A stretch of DNA of 64,000 nt. Origin: Promethearchaeota archaeon. Its GTDB lineage: Archaea > Asgardarchaeota > Lokiarchaeia > Sigyniarchaeales > SOKP01. The stretch covers positions 38,316 to 102,315 of the forward strand of contig JBHLOC010000012.1 in assembly GCA_048940925.1 (NCBI GenBank), in the 5' to 3' direction. The translations under genes and the position numbers were made by a program. Below are positions 21,166 to 31,704 of this stretch, piece by piece. Under the pieces are notes generated by a model. That model searched no databases. It was not told where the DNA came from and was given only the letters and a program-made list of their open reading frames with translations. Position 1 is the first letter of the stretch, and every line of letters begins with the position of its first letter.

Positions 21166-21972
21166 ATGAATCACGATAAAATAAAAGTCGCTCTGATTAC
21201 TGGCAGTACTCATGGGATTGGAAAAGCAATAGCTTTAGAGCTAGCAAAAATTGGGTTTTCAGTAGTAATCAATGGGGCATCAACAAAGGAATTATCAGAA
21301 GATTATAAAAATACCCTTAATGAAATTTTCAAAAATGATGTCAAAGATAAATACATTTATATTCAAGCTGACGTAAGTAACGGAGAAGATCGTCAAGAAA
21401 TGATTTCTAGAATTAAGCAAAAATTTAACAGAATAGATGTTTTGGTAAATAATGCGGGAGTAGGACCAATTAAAAGGGGAGATCTTTTAGAAGTGACTGA
21501 AAAATCATATGATAGAGTAATGGATATTAATCTAAAAGGTCCTTTTTTCTTGACTCAAGCAATTGCAAAATGGATGATTGAGCTTAAAAAGAAAATAAAA
21601 GATAATTTTCATCCCTCTATTATAAATATTTCTTCTATAAATCGATATACCGCTTCTTTAAATAGAGGAGAGTATTGTATTTCTAAAGCAGGAATGCGAA
21701 TGATGACGCAATTATTTGCTGTAAGATTAGCCGATTTTGAAATTCCCACATATGAGATATCCCCCGGTATTATTAAAACACCTTTAACAGAACCAAAGAA
21801 CATATCAGAAAGATATGATAAATTAATTAGTGAAGGAATTTCCCCTATCAAAAGATGGGGTGAACCAATTGATATAGCTAAACCTGTAATAGCAATTGTT
21901 CAGGGTTTATTACCATTCTCGACAGGTGCGGTTTTAGATATAGATGGTGGTTTTCATATACACCGTTTATAA
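21166..21972 (+). CDS. SDR oxidoreductase (sugar-cluster associated 3-ketoacyl-ACP reductase-like subfamily)
   Basis: TGSTHGIG, NNAG, RGEYCISKAG, C-terminal DGGFHIHRL. Confidence 0.88.
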   Translation: MNHDKIKVALITGSTHGIGKAIALELAKIGFSVVINGASTKELSEDYKNTLNEIFKNDVKDKYIYIQADVSNGEDRQEMISRIKQKFNRIDVLVNNAGVGPIKRGDLLEVTEKSYDRVMDINLKGPFFLTQAIAKWMIELKKKIKDNFHPSIINISSINRYTASLNRGEYCISKAGMRMMTQLFAVRLADFEIPTYEISPGIIKTPLTEPKNISERYDKLISEGISPIKRWGEPIDIAKPVIAIVQGLLPFSTGAVLDIDGGFHIHRL

Positions 21973-21986
21973 AGGATGAGGTTAAA

Positions 21987-24011
21987 ATGGAGGATAAAAA
22001 AGTAGCTCTTAAGGATTTAGATATTAAAGAATATAATGCTATCATTATTGGTTCTGGAGCAGCAGGATTAAATTGTGCTCTTCATTTAATTATGGAAGGA
22101 ATTCCATCTGATGATGTAGCAATTGTTACTGACAATTTAGGTGGTGGAACTTCCTTTAATGCAGGTTCTGATAAGCAAACTTATTATAAAATGTCTATTT
22201 ATGGAGATCAGACTGATTCACCTTATAATTTAGCTAAAGATCTCTATTCCGGAGGGGCAATGCATGGTGATATAGCTTTAATTGAAGCTACAAATTCAAT
22301 AAGAGAATTTTTTCATCTAGTTCAATTAGGTGTTCCTTTTCCATATGATAAATTTGGTGGATTTGTTGGATATAAAACAGATAATGATCCAAGACAGCGA
22401 GCTACATCAATAGGCCCATTAACTTCACGAGAAATGGGTAAACGTTTATTAAAAGCTGTCCAAGGAAATAGTATTAAAATTTATGATAAATTTTATGCGA
22501 TAAAACTAATCATTGATGATAGTAGTGAAAAACCGGAAGTGTGTGGTGTAATATGTATTAATACAGACTTATTGTCCCAAGGTAAAAGCTTAAAGAATTT
22601 TTCAGATTCAATACAAATCTTTAAAGCAAGAAATATCATAATAGCTACTGGTGGTCCTGCTATACTATACAAGAATTCTGTCTATCCTAAATCGCAAACG
22701 GGAACAACAAGTTTAGTTATCGAAGCAGGATGTAAACTTCAAAATTTAACTGAATCACAATTTGGAATAGCATCAACCAAGTTCCGCTGGAATCTCTCCG
22801 GATCATATCAACAAGTAATCCCAAGATATTTTTCTCGGGATGAAACTGGCATAGAAAGGGAATTTCTTTATGAGATATTTCCCTCTTTTAAAGAACTTTC
22901 AAGAGCTATATTTTTGAAAGGATATCAATGGTCATTTAATTCTATAAGAATTGATAATTTTGGCTCATCATTAATAGATCTAGCAGTATATCATGAATCA
23001 GAAAAGTTGAATAGGCATGTGTTTTTAGATTTCACTCAAAATCCTAAAGACTATAATTATAACGATCTATTCAAAGGAGCAAAAGAGTATTTAATTAAAT
23101 CTAATGCATTAGGAGATTCTCCTATTGAACGTCTGAGTAAATTGAATGACCAAGCAATTTTAATATATAAAAACAATAATATCAATCTAGCTTCAGAACC
23201 TCTTGAAATTGCGGTTTGTAACCAACACCTAAATGGTGGTGTATCCTGTGATATATGGTGGGAAACAACCACTGTAAAGCACCTCTTTGCTGTTGGAGAA
23301 ATTAATGGTAGTCACGGAATTTATAGACCTGGTGGAGCTGCATTAAACTCAGGACAAGTGGGAGGATTAAGAGCTGCTCAAAAAATAATACAAATATATA
23401 GTAATATTCCTTCAATAAATCCTTCAAGATTTCAACATAAGGTAAAAAAAGAAATAACTGAAATATTAAGTAGAATTTCACAAATTTTAAAAAATGATCC
23501 TTCTAAATCTGAAAATTTTCTCACACCTGAAAGACTCTTAAGTCAAATTCAAAATGGAATGACAAAATATGGATCAATCATCCGTCCTTTAAAAAATCTT
23601 AAAAAAGCAATTTCCAAGGTTCAATTTCAATTAGATAATATAAAGAACTTACTTGCTATCAATACAAATATTGAAATCGTGGATTTTTTTAGAGTTAGAG
23701 ATGCTCTTGTTACACAATTATTCTTTTTAAAAACACTATTAGATTATCATCTCTCATTTGGGAGAAGCAGAGGATCATACTTGATTTTAAGAGATAACTT
23801 AAATGAATCATTATCAGAGTTTTATATTGTACCTCCTGATAAACTAAAGGAATACAAATTTATACATAATAACATGAATTTATCAAAAAAAATCCAAACA
23901 ATTCAATTAAAAAATGGTCAAATATTTATCGAATGGGAAGATATAAGAGATGTTCCTACTGAGTTTGGATGGTTTGAAAACATATGGAAAGAATTTTACA
24001 AAAACAAATAA
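21987..24011 (+). CDS. FAD-binding oxidoreductase, SdhA/NadB flavoprotein fold
   Basis: IIGSGAAG, ATGG, QHLNGG, LFAVGE-x2-GSHG-x2-RPGG-x-AL, RSRG. Confidence 0.85.
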   Translation: MEDKKVALKDLDIKEYNAIIIGSGAAGLNCALHLIMEGIPSDDVAIVTDNLGGGTSFNAGSDKQTYYKMSIYGDQTDSPYNLAKDLYSGGAMHGDIALIEATNSIREFFHLVQLGVPFPYDKFGGFVGYKTDNDPRQRATSIGPLTSREMGKRLLKAVQGNSIKIYDKFYAIKLIIDDSSEKPEVCGVICINTDLLSQGKSLKNFSDSIQIFKARNIIIATGGPAILYKNSVYPKSQTGTTSLVIEAGCKLQNLTESQFGIASTKFRWNLSGSYQQVIPRYFSRDETGIEREFLYEIFPSFKELSRAIFLKGYQWSFNSIRIDNFGSSLIDLAVYHESEKLNRHVFLDFTQNPKDYNYNDLFKGAKEYLIKSNALGDSPIERLSKLNDQAILIYKNNNINLASEPLEIAVCNQHLNGGVSCDIWWETTTVKHLFAVGEINGSHGIYRPGGAALNSGQVGGLRAAQKIIQIYSNIPSINPSRFQHKVKKEITEILSRISQILKNDPSKSENFLTPERLLSQIQNGMTKYGSIIRPLKNLKKAISKVQFQLDNIKNLLAINTNIEIVDFFRVRDALVTQLFFLKTLLDYHLSFGRSRGSYLILRDNLNESLSEFYIVPPDKLKEYKFIHNNMNLSKKIQTIQLKNGQIFIEWEDIRDVPTEFGWFENIWKEFYKNK

Positions 24012-24022
24012 TATGTTAAAAG

Positions 24023-24340
24023 ATGAATGGTTCTAATGACTTAAGGGAATTAATTTCTTTATCCAAAATAGGAGAAAAAATTTTTAAAATAAAAGATATG
24101 TATAATTTAAATCTAATATCTAATTTATCGAAAGAAGCGCATGATTTATATTTAATAAGAATGTCAATCTGTAATCAACTTCTTGAACAATTAGATAAAA
24201 AAGGCATAACTGTTGAGAAAATTAAAGATTTTATAGGAAATAAGCTGAAGCAAAATAGAGAACGGTTAAATAATGCAAAAAATGCTAATGAAACTAAATT
24301 CATTCAAATATCGATTAAAGAATGGGAGGATTTTTTGTAA
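24023..24340 (+). CDS. Hypothetical helical protein
   Basis: 105-aa ORF 11 nt downstream of the flavoprotein gene. Confidence 0.55.
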   Translation: MNGSNDLRELISLSKIGEKIFKIKDMYNLNLISNLSKEAHDLYLIRMSICNQLLEQLDKKGITVEKIKDFIGNKLKQNRERLNNAKNANETKFIQISIKEWEDFL

Positions 24341-24361
24341 TTACTTTATTATTTATTTAAT

Positions 24362-26362
24362 TTAGCTCTTTTTTGTTCTTACATTCTCTATTAAGTCAAT
24401 ATCAAATTTTTTCCGTAGATTCCAGTAAATAATAATACTAATAGTAATAATAATCGATATGATGCTGATAATCCCAATTATAGTTAGTATAAAGGGATAG
24501 AACGTGTCTCCTGTCTTTTGATATCTAGAAGCTATAACGCTCGCATCATCCAGACAATAACTAGTTGTAGGCACTTGTGAATAACCCATAGATATATGTG
24601 CAACATCAAGTCTATAAATTGGATCCTGCATTAAACAAACTCGTCTATCATGTGCAGGAATTAACGTCGTATAAATTCTTAATTCACCTTCAACTGAGAC
24701 GATTATTTCTTCCCTCCAATCCCCTAAAACATCGGCCCAAGCTACTTGATATCCTTCAATCCCTTCAAAGTGAGTAATATTTGTATCGAAATCGAAGATT
24801 CTACCATTATATACTAATTCTCTTTGAGGATCTGAGTCCCAATAAACAGCCTTAGGTTGTAAACCAATATTAAATTTCTCTTCATTCGCAATAAGAGTTC
24901 CATTTGCAGAATGTAACCATCTTTTAGGATAAACATCCTCTCCACTATAACATTCCATTCCTGGATAGGAGGGATCAATATCAGAAACTAATCCTTGACT
25001 ATGAATGTGATAAGCTATCTCATCTATCCCCCATAGGACATCTCCGGTTGCAGCATCAACCATACATATTCCGTAGTCATATTTAGGAATAGGGTGGATA
25101 ACGCCTTCAATCCCATAATATATCTCAAGTCCCGGATGTCCGGGGTCTATATCACCAACATAACAATGATCTGGATGTGATAAACCTGTAGACCAAAGTC
25201 CTTTACCGTCTTCATCAATTACACAAGATCCTAGCACAATTTCGTCACAATTGTCAGAATCCACATCAGCAGTATGCATAAAATGAGCACCTTGACCATA
25301 ATACATAAAAAAATTTTCTTGATTACTGTCCCATTGCCACAATTTTTCAAGATTATTACCATTCAAGTTAATTGCTTCAAGCCTCATTATCCCATATGTC
25401 CCTCGTGCTACTAAAATGCTAGGATGGCAGCCATCTAAGTAAGCTACTCCAAGTTGGTTTCTAGAATTCCAACTGTAAACTTGTAAGTCACGTTTAAACC
25501 AATTAATATGAGTTATTTCATTACCAGATACTCCTTCCCAGATCGAAAGACATTCTGGACCATATTGAACACGTCCAGTAATATCTCGGTGATCACCCTT
25601 TCCAGTTTTAACTGCAATTTCAGCTTTATTATCTCCATCAAAATCATAGGCGATATAGGGAGAATACCAAATCCCTTGTTCAATATCCCATCCAAGATCG
25701 TTTTGCCATAAAAATGAGCCATTAGAGAGATAGGCTTCGATCTTATATGTGTCTTGGCTAGCTCTCCAGTTACCATTGAAATAAGGTTCTAAAGGATCAA
25801 TATTCACATTTGGTTGTTTTATAACATAATCATAGCTCCCATCCCCATTAAGATCTGCAATTCCAACCTTTTGGAATGTATAATTTCCATTAAGTGCTAT
25901 TGATATATATGCTTCATTTATATTGTTTCTAATACTAGTATTTTCAGAAGGAGTGAGTTCATTGCCATTAATTATAGGACGAACCCAATAATTAAAGTTA
26001 CTTTCATTCAATGAGATTTTATCAATAAAATCTGTAGTTAAATTTATTGGAAAGGTATTTAATTTAACAGGTGCACTTTCTAAACTATCCCGATAAAGAT
26101 TAAAGGAAATATTTTTTGAATCTTCTTCAAGTAACCTCCATCCTATATATACATGACTATGATTAATATACATAGCAACTAAGCCTCGGTTAAGATGTTC
26201 TTTATCATGCTCACCCTCACAATATTCAATCTTATATTCTTTATAATAAAAAGTATTGAAAATCTGTTGAAAAACACTAATGTATAGTAAAAACACAATG
26301 ATTAGAAGAATTGAGAAGCTTATTTTGCGTCTACGAGGTGATTTGCGCTTTTTAACTTTCAT
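24362..26362 (-). CDS. Rhamnogalacturonan lyase, PL11 (YesW/YesX-like), membrane anchored
   Basis: LNRGLVA, ADLNGDGSYD, YDFDGDNKAE, ARGTY, GQGAH, ADVLGDWREE, LMQDPIYR; TM segments at both ends. Confidence 0.9.
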   Translation of the reverse strand: MKVKKRKSPRRRKISFSILLIIVFLLYISVFQQIFNTFYYKEYKIEYCEGEHDKEHLNRGLVAMYINHSHVYIGWRLLEEDSKNISFNLYRDSLESAPVKLNTFPINLTTDFIDKISLNESNFNYWVRPIINGNELTPSENTSIRNNINEAYISIALNGNYTFQKVGIADLNGDGSYDYVIKQPNVNIDPLEPYFNGNWRASQDTYKIEAYLSNGSFLWQNDLGWDIEQGIWYSPYIAYDFDGDNKAEIAVKTGKGDHRDITGRVQYGPECLSIWEGVSGNEITHINWFKRDLQVYSWNSRNQLGVAYLDGCHPSILVARGTYGIMRLEAINLNGNNLEKLWQWDSNQENFFMYYGQGAHFMHTADVDSDNCDEIVLGSCVIDEDGKGLWSTGLSHPDHCYVGDIDPGHPGLEIYYGIEGVIHPIPKYDYGICMVDAATGDVLWGIDEIAYHIHSQGLVSDIDPSYPGMECYSGEDVYPKRWLHSANGTLIANEEKFNIGLQPKAVYWDSDPQRELVYNGRIFDFDTNITHFEGIEGYQVAWADVLGDWREEIIVSVEGELRIYTTLIPAHDRRVCLMQDPIYRLDVAHISMGYSQVPTTSYCLDDASVIASRYQKTGDTFYPFILTIIGIISIISIIITISIIIYWNLRKKFDIDLIENVRTKKS

Positions 26363-26562
26363 TCAAAAACCTTAATTAAATTATAGAAAATTAATATCAA
26401 TGAAACTAAAAGCTTTATTAGATTTAAAGATTAAAAATTGAAATAAAACTATAATTACACTAAGTTTGAAATTATTTTTAATATATTATCATATTCTTTA
26501 ATAGTTCAGGGAGATTTAGAACAATCAAAAAGAATATAAATTTTAAGTAAGAGGTGTAATTA

Positions 26563-27411
26563 ATGAGCATGAAAGGAAAAATTTGTATGATTACAGGAGC
26601 AAACTCTGGCATTGGAAAAGCGACAGCAATAGGTTTGGCAGAAATGGGTGCAAATATAATCATGATTTGTCGTGATAAAGAACGTGGGAAAAAAGCACAA
26701 GAAGAAATAATTGATCTCACAGGTAATACTAATGTAGATCTATTTATATGTGATTTATCATCTCAAGAATCTATTCGTAAACTAGTATCAGAATTCAAGA
26801 AAAAATATCAATCTTTAAATGTGCTTATTAATAATGCTGGACTTATGCTTTCGAAACGTACATTATCTGTTGATGGAGTAGAAATGAATTTTGCTGTACA
26901 CCATCTTGCTCCCTTCTTGTTGACAAACTTATTGCTTGATATGTTAAAAAAAAGTGCTCCTAGTCGTATTATAAATGTAACTTCTGCAGCTCATAAAACG
27001 GCAAAAATAAATTTTGATGATCTACAAAGTGAAAACAAGAAATATCGCTTATTTAAAGTATATGGAATATCAAAATTAGCAGCTATGTTATTTACTTATG
27101 AATTGAGTCGAAGATTAGAAGGAAGTGGAGTAACTGTTAATGCTGTTCATCCTGGTGTTGTAAACACTAATTTAAGTCGAGATCATTCTGCTTTTAGTAG
27201 AGGATTTGCAAAACTCTTCTTTAAAAGCCCAAGAGAAGGTGCTCAAACTTCTATTTATTTAGCAACTTCTCCAGATATAGAAGGAGTAACAGGAAAATAT
27301 TTCATAAAAAAGGAACCTAGAGAATCTTCTAAAGAGTCTTATAATAAGAAAGATGCAAAAAGATTATGGGAAATTAGCTCTGAAATGACAAAATTAGATC
27401 CAATTATTTGA
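26563..27411 (+). CDS. SDR, retinol dehydrogenase-like
   Basis: TGANSGIG, NNAG, YGISK, VHPG; GAGGTG RBS upstream. Confidence 0.92.
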   Translation: MSMKGKICMITGANSGIGKATAIGLAEMGANIIMICRDKERGKKAQEEIIDLTGNTNVDLFICDLSSQESIRKLVSEFKKKYQSLNVLINNAGLMLSKRTLSVDGVEMNFAVHHLAPFLLTNLLLDMLKKSAPSRIINVTSAAHKTAKINFDDLQSENKKYRLFKVYGISKLAAMLFTYELSRRLEGSGVTVNAVHPGVVNTNLSRDHSAFSRGFAKLFFKSPREGAQTSIYLATSPDIEGVTGKYFIKKEPRESSKESYNKKDAKRLWEISSEMTKLDPII

Positions 27412-27670
27412 GAGCATTATTTCCAATCTTTTATTTTATTTTTAAATATAAGGATAACTTTAATAGAAAGAGCACCAAACTGTACGAATAGGTTATACAT
27501 TGAGATTTTATCATCAGATACTTCTAAAAATTTTATTATTTCATAATTTTCAAAATTGATTTTTTTTTTTCCAACTGAAATTAAGAAAAGTTTTTTAAAT
27601 ATACGTAGATAATTACTTAGTTGTAACTATTAGAATATAATATTAACCCAAAAAATTTTATTAAAATATC

Positions 27671-28594
27671 ATGCAAGAGAATAAGACTCCTTTGAAAGAT
27701 AAAATCATGTGTCCAATTTGTAATTTTAAATTCATCCCTGATTCATTCCATTTTGAAAAAACTCATTTTGATACTGAGGAAAATAAAGGTGAACTTACTA
27801 AAATTTTAGATGAAACTCATCAGGTTATTATCAATCCTTTTACTGCTATTCGAGGTTCTTGGGTAACTTATTGTCCTGAATGTAGATATATTATTAAATT
27901 TGCAGCAGAGATTGGTAAAAAAGAAAGAGCAGATGATGCTCATCGTATACTAAAGAGAGGCCTATTCGAGGAATTTGGAAAAGAGTATAAGTATAATTAC
28001 AATATAAGTGAAAAGCCTTATATGGACAAATCAGATTACTTTATTGAAAAAGTTGACAATATTAAAAGAAAAATAAAACTCGCTTTAGATGAAATAAATT
28101 TCGAACACTGGGGTACTCCCTATAAAGAATGGAAAAATAGTAAAGCTGAAGACTCCTTCAAATTTGTTATTCACTTCTTTTCAAATTTAGAAGATTATAT
28201 TAATTCTAATGTAGAAGATTTTAAAATTAGAGAAATGCCGGAAAAAATTAAAGCATTGAATTTACATACAGAACTTGAGGATTTAATTCATGCAATTCGA
28301 GATCTAAAAGATAAAATAGCTCATGATGTTTATGAGTTAACAGAAGAAGAAGAAGAGGTGGTTGATAAAACATTCATCGAATTTATATACTATTTAATCA
28401 AGAAACAATTAAAACCTTTAAATTTAGACGCAATCCAAATTAAACCTGAATATAACTTTATTGATATTAATGATATCAATTATGAAATACGGGAATTCTT
28501 GAATGTGTATTTAAACAAAATATTACATATTGAAGACTTTTATTATGGATTTCTGACTCCCTTATTAAAGGATCTTGGAATGTCTATTATTTAA
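27671..28594 (+). CDS. Hypothetical protein with Zn-ribbon (CPIC...CPEC) and possible HEPN-like C-terminal domain
   Basis: Two CxxC pairs; IRDLKDKIAH resembles the HEPN R-x4-H motif. Confidence 0.5.
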   Translation: MQENKTPLKDKIMCPICNFKFIPDSFHFEKTHFDTEENKGELTKILDETHQVIINPFTAIRGSWVTYCPECRYIIKFAAEIGKKERADDAHRILKRGLFEEFGKEYKYNYNISEKPYMDKSDYFIEKVDNIKRKIKLALDEINFEHWGTPYKEWKNSKAEDSFKFVIHFFSNLEDYINSNVEDFKIREMPEKIKALNLHTELEDLIHAIRDLKDKIAHDVYELTEEEEEVVDKTFIEFIYYLIKKQLKPLNLDAIQIKPEYNFIDINDINYEIREFLNVYLNKILHIEDFYYGFLTPLLKDLGMSII

Positions 28595-28810
28595 AAAATA
28601 GTAATCCAAGGTTATGTAACTTCTATTTTTTATATGGTAAATATGAATTAATTGAGATTATTCAATGGATACTTAAGCAATTATATTTAAATCCTATATA
28701 TTAATTTAATTTCAAGAATAATAATAATTGATAGAACATAATGATTTGATATTGTATAACATTCTTGAAATAGCAAATCTAAAAATAGAAAACTCGGAGT
28801 TCAACAAAAA

Positions 28811-29608
28811 TTGCCTAAAGTAAAGGTCAATAATATAAATATGTATTATGAAATTCGTGGAGATGGATTTCCAATTATAATGATAACAGGAATCTCTTTT
28901 TGTCTCAGGATATGGGATGATTCTCTAATTGAAGAGCTTTCAAAAAGATTTAAAGTTATCTTATTTGATAACAGAGGAGCAGGTCAAACTGATATATCTG
29001 AAGGAGAATTTACGATAAAGATGATGGCTGATGATACAGCTGGATTAATGGAAATATTAAATATTGAACGTGCTCATATACTTGGATTTTCGATGGGAGG
29101 AATGATTGCTCAAGAACTAGCCTTAAATTTTCCCCAAAAGGTTGAAAAGCTCATTCTTTGGGGAACTGCTTGCGGGGGAAGAAAATCGATTCCTCCAGAT
29201 CTTGCAGCATATAAATTTTTAATAGGTGCAATTGAAGATTTAACCCCTGAAAGAATAGCTAAGTCAACTATTCCACTAGCATTTACTAGAGATTTTATTG
29301 AAAACAATCCGAAATATATTAATGATAAAATTCAAAGAATTCTCAAATGTCGTATTCCATTTAGTAGTTATGCGAGACAAGCAAAAGCAATGTTTAATTT
29401 CAATACTTGTAGGAGACTCAAAAAAATGGATATCCCAACCTTAATTATGCAAGGTAAAAAAGATATTCTTGTTCCAGCAAAAAATGGAGAGATATTAGCA
29501 GAGTTAATACCTAGAGCAAAACTTGTATTATTTGAACAGAGTGCTCATGCTATTTTCCCTCATGAACCAGATTTATTCTTAAAGGTTTTAATTCAATTTA
29601 TTAGTTAA
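28811..29608 (+). CDS. Alpha/beta hydrolase
   Basis: DNRGAGQT, GFSMGG, GKKD, SAH; TTG start. Confidence 0.92.
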   Translation: MPKVKVNNINMYYEIRGDGFPIIMITGISFCLRIWDDSLIEELSKRFKVILFDNRGAGQTDISEGEFTIKMMADDTAGLMEILNIERAHILGFSMGGMIAQELALNFPQKVEKLILWGTACGGRKSIPPDLAAYKFLIGAIEDLTPERIAKSTIPLAFTRDFIENNPKYINDKIQRILKCRIPFSSYARQAKAMFNFNTCRRLKKMDIPTLIMQGKKDILVPAKNGEILAELIPRAKLVLFEQSAHAIFPHEPDLFLKVLIQFIS

Positions 29609-29889
29609 ATTTTTATTTTTATTGCTTGAACAGGGCAAATATCAACACATTTCATGCAATCAGGGCAACATTTATCAGCATATGACCTAAAAATCATATG
29701 AATTTTAAATTTCTGAGGAGCACCATTTTCATCTTTTTTTTTCATTGGAACAAACATAAGGAGATTATAAGGGCAAACTTGAAGACATTTTAAGCATTTA
29801 GTAGGCCTTAATTCCTCTGGATCATATGGTAAATTGCACTTTTTGGGATCATGTTTGAATTTAACCATGAATTTTACCAACTCTACCAA
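29605..29889 (-). CDS. Small 4Fe-4S ferredoxin-like protein
   Basis: CLKCLQVCP and CPDCMKCVDICP. Confidence 0.8.
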   Translation of the reverse strand: MVELVKFMVKFKHDPKKCNLPYDPEELRPTKCLKCLQVCPYNLLMFVPMKKKDENGAPQKFKIHMIFRSYADKCCPDCMKCVDICPVQAIKIKI

Positions 29890-30731
29890 AGTCTACGTGC
29901 AATTGAATGACTATTTCTATCAGTCAAACTAATAGCATTTTGCTCACATACAGACCTACATTGTCCACAGCCAAAACAAATTTTAGGATTTATCATAGCA
30001 CGATCATCTTCTCCAAAACTTATAGCCCCATATTGGCATCTCTCGATGCAACTACCGCAGCTAATACATTCATCATCATTAACCTCTGCTACATATTCTG
30101 CTTTTCTATATGTATTAGTTATACCATACCATAACTTTGGTCTTGCCGCATAGCAATAAGAAGTATCGCAATTACATATACAAACTGACTGAGGAAGGTC
30201 ATACCACCAGAAAACAGAATGTGTATATCCTTTTTCTGAAAATTCTTCTAACTTTTCTTTTGCTTCTTCAGGACTAAGCTTTATTTCTTTCCAAGCTCTA
30301 GGATCTTTTCTCTGAATCTCTGTAAGTGGACCAAAGTTTAAGCATTTAAACTCATCTTTACCTTTAAAAATTCTTTGGCACATACATGGATATACAACAT
30401 GATCATAACTTAAATCTACAATCTTCAAGGCATCTTCTATTGGAACTACTTGACCACAATGAGTTTTTATAGCTAAATAATTACCATACTTTTTAACTAT
30501 CTTGCCAAATACAGGAATTTTTGTCCAATCAACCATATCCAATAGCTTTGAAGTAGGAAGCGGAAACCATGCTGAATCAGCACCTTTAACTGCTTCTCTA
30601 ACTTTTTTCGATTCTCTACCTAAAATCCTATCTAGAAGTGATAACTTGTGAAAAAGCTCTTCTGAGTACGCTTTTGGATTCAAATACCATTTTCCGTACC
30701 CTTCTGCATGTTTTCTGCAATATTTACACAT
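29883..30731 (-). CDS. 4Fe-4S binding protein
   Basis: CMCQ, ICNC-x4-C, CISCGSCIERC, CFGCGQCRSVC. Confidence 0.85.
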   Translation of the reverse strand: MCKYCRKHAEGYGKWYLNPKAYSEELFHKLSLLDRILGRESKKVREAVKGADSAWFPLPTSKLLDMVDWTKIPVFGKIVKKYGNYLAIKTHCGQVVPIEDALKIVDLSYDHVVYPCMCQRIFKGKDEFKCLNFGPLTEIQRKDPRAWKEIKLSPEEAKEKLEEFSEKGYTHSVFWWYDLPQSVCICNCDTSYCYAARPKLWYGITNTYRKAEYVAEVNDDECISCGSCIERCQYGAISFGEDDRAMINPKICFGCGQCRSVCEQNAISLTDRNSHSIARRLW

Positions 30732-30858
30732 AAAATATAAATGTTATCTATTCTAAAAATTTTAAATAGTTTAATATAAGTATAACATTATTTAAATTTT
30801 TAAGATTGTATTTATTTTCTAATAATCCGAAAGATCACTCGTGAATGTATACTAATAA

Positions 30859-31701
30859 GTGAAATATATGGAATCCAAGACGATGAATGTTTTAGCAATT
30901 TTTGCCCATCCTGATGATTTAACCTATTTTAGTGCAGGAACAATAGCCAAATGGGCTGAACAAGGTTATAATATAAGCACCCTTTGTTGCACAAGAGGAG
31001 AAGTAGGTTCTCTAAGAATTGAAATTAAAAAAGAAGAAGTTGCAGCTTTACGTGAAAAAGAACTTAGAACCGCTAATAAAATACTAGGAGTAAAAGAAAC
31101 TATAATTTTGGACTTTCCAGATGGAGGATTAATGGATAGTTCAAAATTACGTGAAAGACTTGTTTATTATGTTAGAAAATTTAAAGCAGATAGGGTCGTA
31201 ACTCTTGATCCCTGGGCAACCTATGAGGTGCATCCTGATCATTTAATTGTAGGACGAATGGCAGCAGAAGCAGGTACATTCGCAATGTTTCCATTATTAT
31301 ATCCCGAACAGATAAAGGAAGGTCTAGAACCATATCATTGTTCTGACATATGGTTTATGGGGTTACTTGGCCATCAACCAAATTGCTTTGTTGATATCTC
31401 TTCAACTCTCGAAAAAAAAATTCAAGCTGCATTGAAATTTGAAGCAACATTAGAACTCATTGCTCGTTTATTCTCACCAGATATTTCACCTTATCACATA
31501 ACTCCAGATGATATGAAGAAATTGTCTAAAAATGCTGGTAAACTTTTACGTTCTATTGCTACTACTATAGGAAGGAGAGTTGATTTACAAGCAGCTGAAG
31601 CATTTTATACTCAAAAAGTATTACCCGGACATTTTGATAACATTCAACAACAAATGATGGAAATGTTGGGAAATCCTCCTGAAAGACCAAAGATTTACTA
31701 A
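30859..31701 (+). CDS. PIG-L/LmbE family deacetylase
   Basis: AHPDD, TRGEVG, REKE, HPDH. Confidence 0.92.
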   Translation: MKYMESKTMNVLAIFAHPDDLTYFSAGTIAKWAEQGYNISTLCCTRGEVGSLRIEIKKEEVAALREKELRTANKILGVKETIILDFPDGGLMDSSKLRERLVYYVRKFKADRVVTLDPWATYEVHPDHLIVGRMAAEAGTFAMFPLLYPEQIKEGLEPYHCSDIWFMGLLGHQPNCFVDISSTLEKKIQAALKFEATLELIARLFSPDISPYHITPDDMKKLSKNAGKLLRSIATTIGRRVDLQAAEAFYTQKVLPGHFDNIQQQMMEMLGNPPERPKIY

Positions 31702-31704
31702 TAT

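Noticed and set aside
21987-24011. Succinate dehydrogenase subunit A
   Set aside because: No SdhB/C/D neighbours and it lacks the typical SHT-x-AA-x-GG covalent-FAD segment
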